Shown piece after piece: positions 52,225-53,428 of a stretch of DNA of 53,428 nt. Under the pieces are notes generated by a model that saw only the letters and a program-made list of their open reading frames with translations, was not told where the DNA came from and ran no database searches. The stretch covers positions 1 to 53,428 of the forward strand of contig MQRK01218349.1 of NCBI GenBank assembly GCA_001938485.1. Reading direction: 5' to 3'. Every line of letters begins with the position of its first letter. Position 1 is the stretch's first letter. The translations under genes were made by a program, and so were the position numbers. The DNA is from Girardia tigrina (taxonomy: Eukaryota).

Positions 52225-52802
52225 AGTAGGGGAAAAATGGGGATTCACCGGCAGACCCCCCCCGGGGGGGGTAGCCCGTTGCCATGGTTACGTAACCAGT
52301 TACCACGCGGGGTTACCATGGCAACGGTCGCGATCACCTTAGCAACGGTCGCGGTTACCATGGCAACGGTTGCGATCACCCTAGCAACGGTTACGGTTAC
52401 CATGGCAACGGTCGCGATCACCTTAGCAACGCTTCTGATTGGCTCATTGGTTCCCTAGCAACGGTCGCGGTCACCTTAGCAACGCTTCTGATTGGTTCCC
52501 GGTTCCCTAGCAACGGTCGCGATTACCTAAAAACACTTCTGATTGGTCGACGGTTCCCTAGCAACGGTCACGATCACCTTAGCAACGGTCGCGATCACCA
52601 TAGCAACGGTCGCGATCACCATAGCAACGGTCACGATCACCTTAGGAACCGTTCCGGTTCACTTGGTGACGTAACCAAGGTCTCGGTTCCCAGGGTAACC
52701 GTAACCAAGGGACGTTTTTCATTAGCAACGGATACAGTGATCCTAGGCGGTTGTAACCATGGTTACGGCCCCCGTATCCATAGCAACCGTGACCCCGTAA
52801 CT
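52225..52802. repeat. GC-rich minisatellite (21/42- and 52-bp periods) of X-box-like and CCAAT motifs, possibly the terminus of a large DNA transposon
   Basis: Repeats GCAACGGTCGCGATCACCTTA / GTTACCATGGCAAC; CTGATTGG three times; abrupt AT-to-GC transition at AGTAGGGG; runs into a gap. Confidence 0.8.
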
Positions 52803-53428
52803 NNNNNNNNNNNNNNNNNNNNNNNNNNNNNNNNNNNNNNNNNNNNNNNNNNNNNNNNNNNNNNNNNNNNNNNNNNNNNNNNNNNNNNNNNNNNNNNNNN
52901 NNNNNNNNNNNNNNNNNNNNNNNNNNNNNNNNNNNNNNNNNNNNNNNNNNNNNNNNNNNNNNNNNNNNNNNNNNNNNNNNNNNNNNNNNNNNGTGTTTGA
53001 TGAACATTTTGAATCTCTATCTGATTATGCAATTAGAAATTTCATATATTGATTACTTTTTTCTATAATTAGCAAAATGTTCAAATTTGCACAAAGTGCA
53101 CATTGATTTTACAGGTATAAGGAAGCAGAATATCAAAAAAGTGTTGATGTACTTGAATAGTAACCCACATACACACATTCAGATTCCATGTCAACATTGT
53201 CAAAAAAGTGCTGATAAATCGATTTTTTCGAACATTTTTGAAATTCTCAAAAAAGTGCTCAAAAATCTATTTTTTCGTACATATCTGAAACCCATATGAT
53301 ATATGTAATTTGTTTACCATCAAACAATACCTCATGAATCTCCTAATGTACACCAGTATAATCACAAGTACCATGGTTACCGTAACCAAGATACATAACA
53401 TTTTATTTTACATGTAAAAACGGCATGT

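Noticed and set aside
52198-52458. ORF with ATVAITL/ATVAVTM repeats
   Set aside because: Translation of the 21-bp minisatellite; no evidence of coding.
52300-52650. CRISPR-like repeat appearance
   Set aside because: Units are contiguous with no unique spacers, there are no cas genes, and the context is eukaryotic.

Overview
AT-rich eukaryotic (invertebrate metazoan-like, possibly flatworm; inferred) scaffold window with several N gaps. One host gene spans almost the whole window: a + strand DEG/ENaC (ASIC/FaNaC-like, amiloride-sensitive sodium channel family) subunit. I assembled it by hand from 11 GT-AG exons (2231..51637; 1443 nt, ~480 aa). It has TM1, FPxxTxCN, GHQ..C.F.G..C, GNCFTFN, the Cys-rich thumb and TM2 (DIGG..GFS), but the N-terminal HG gating motif is replaced by LA. 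Its introns are either 41-48 nt or 3.7-12.4 kb. The large ones are packed with nested transposons: mariner, a plant-type (DD39D/Stowaway-TIR) mariner, a long-TIR rosa-like element, Tc1, hAT, MULE, piggyBac, several Gypsy LTR elements with TSDs, a BEL/Pao fragment, a 5S-derived SINE and a TGT-ended MITE family. Downstream lies a GC-rich minisatellite made of RFX X-box-like palindromes and CCAAT boxes. All family calls come from motif recognition; no searches were run.
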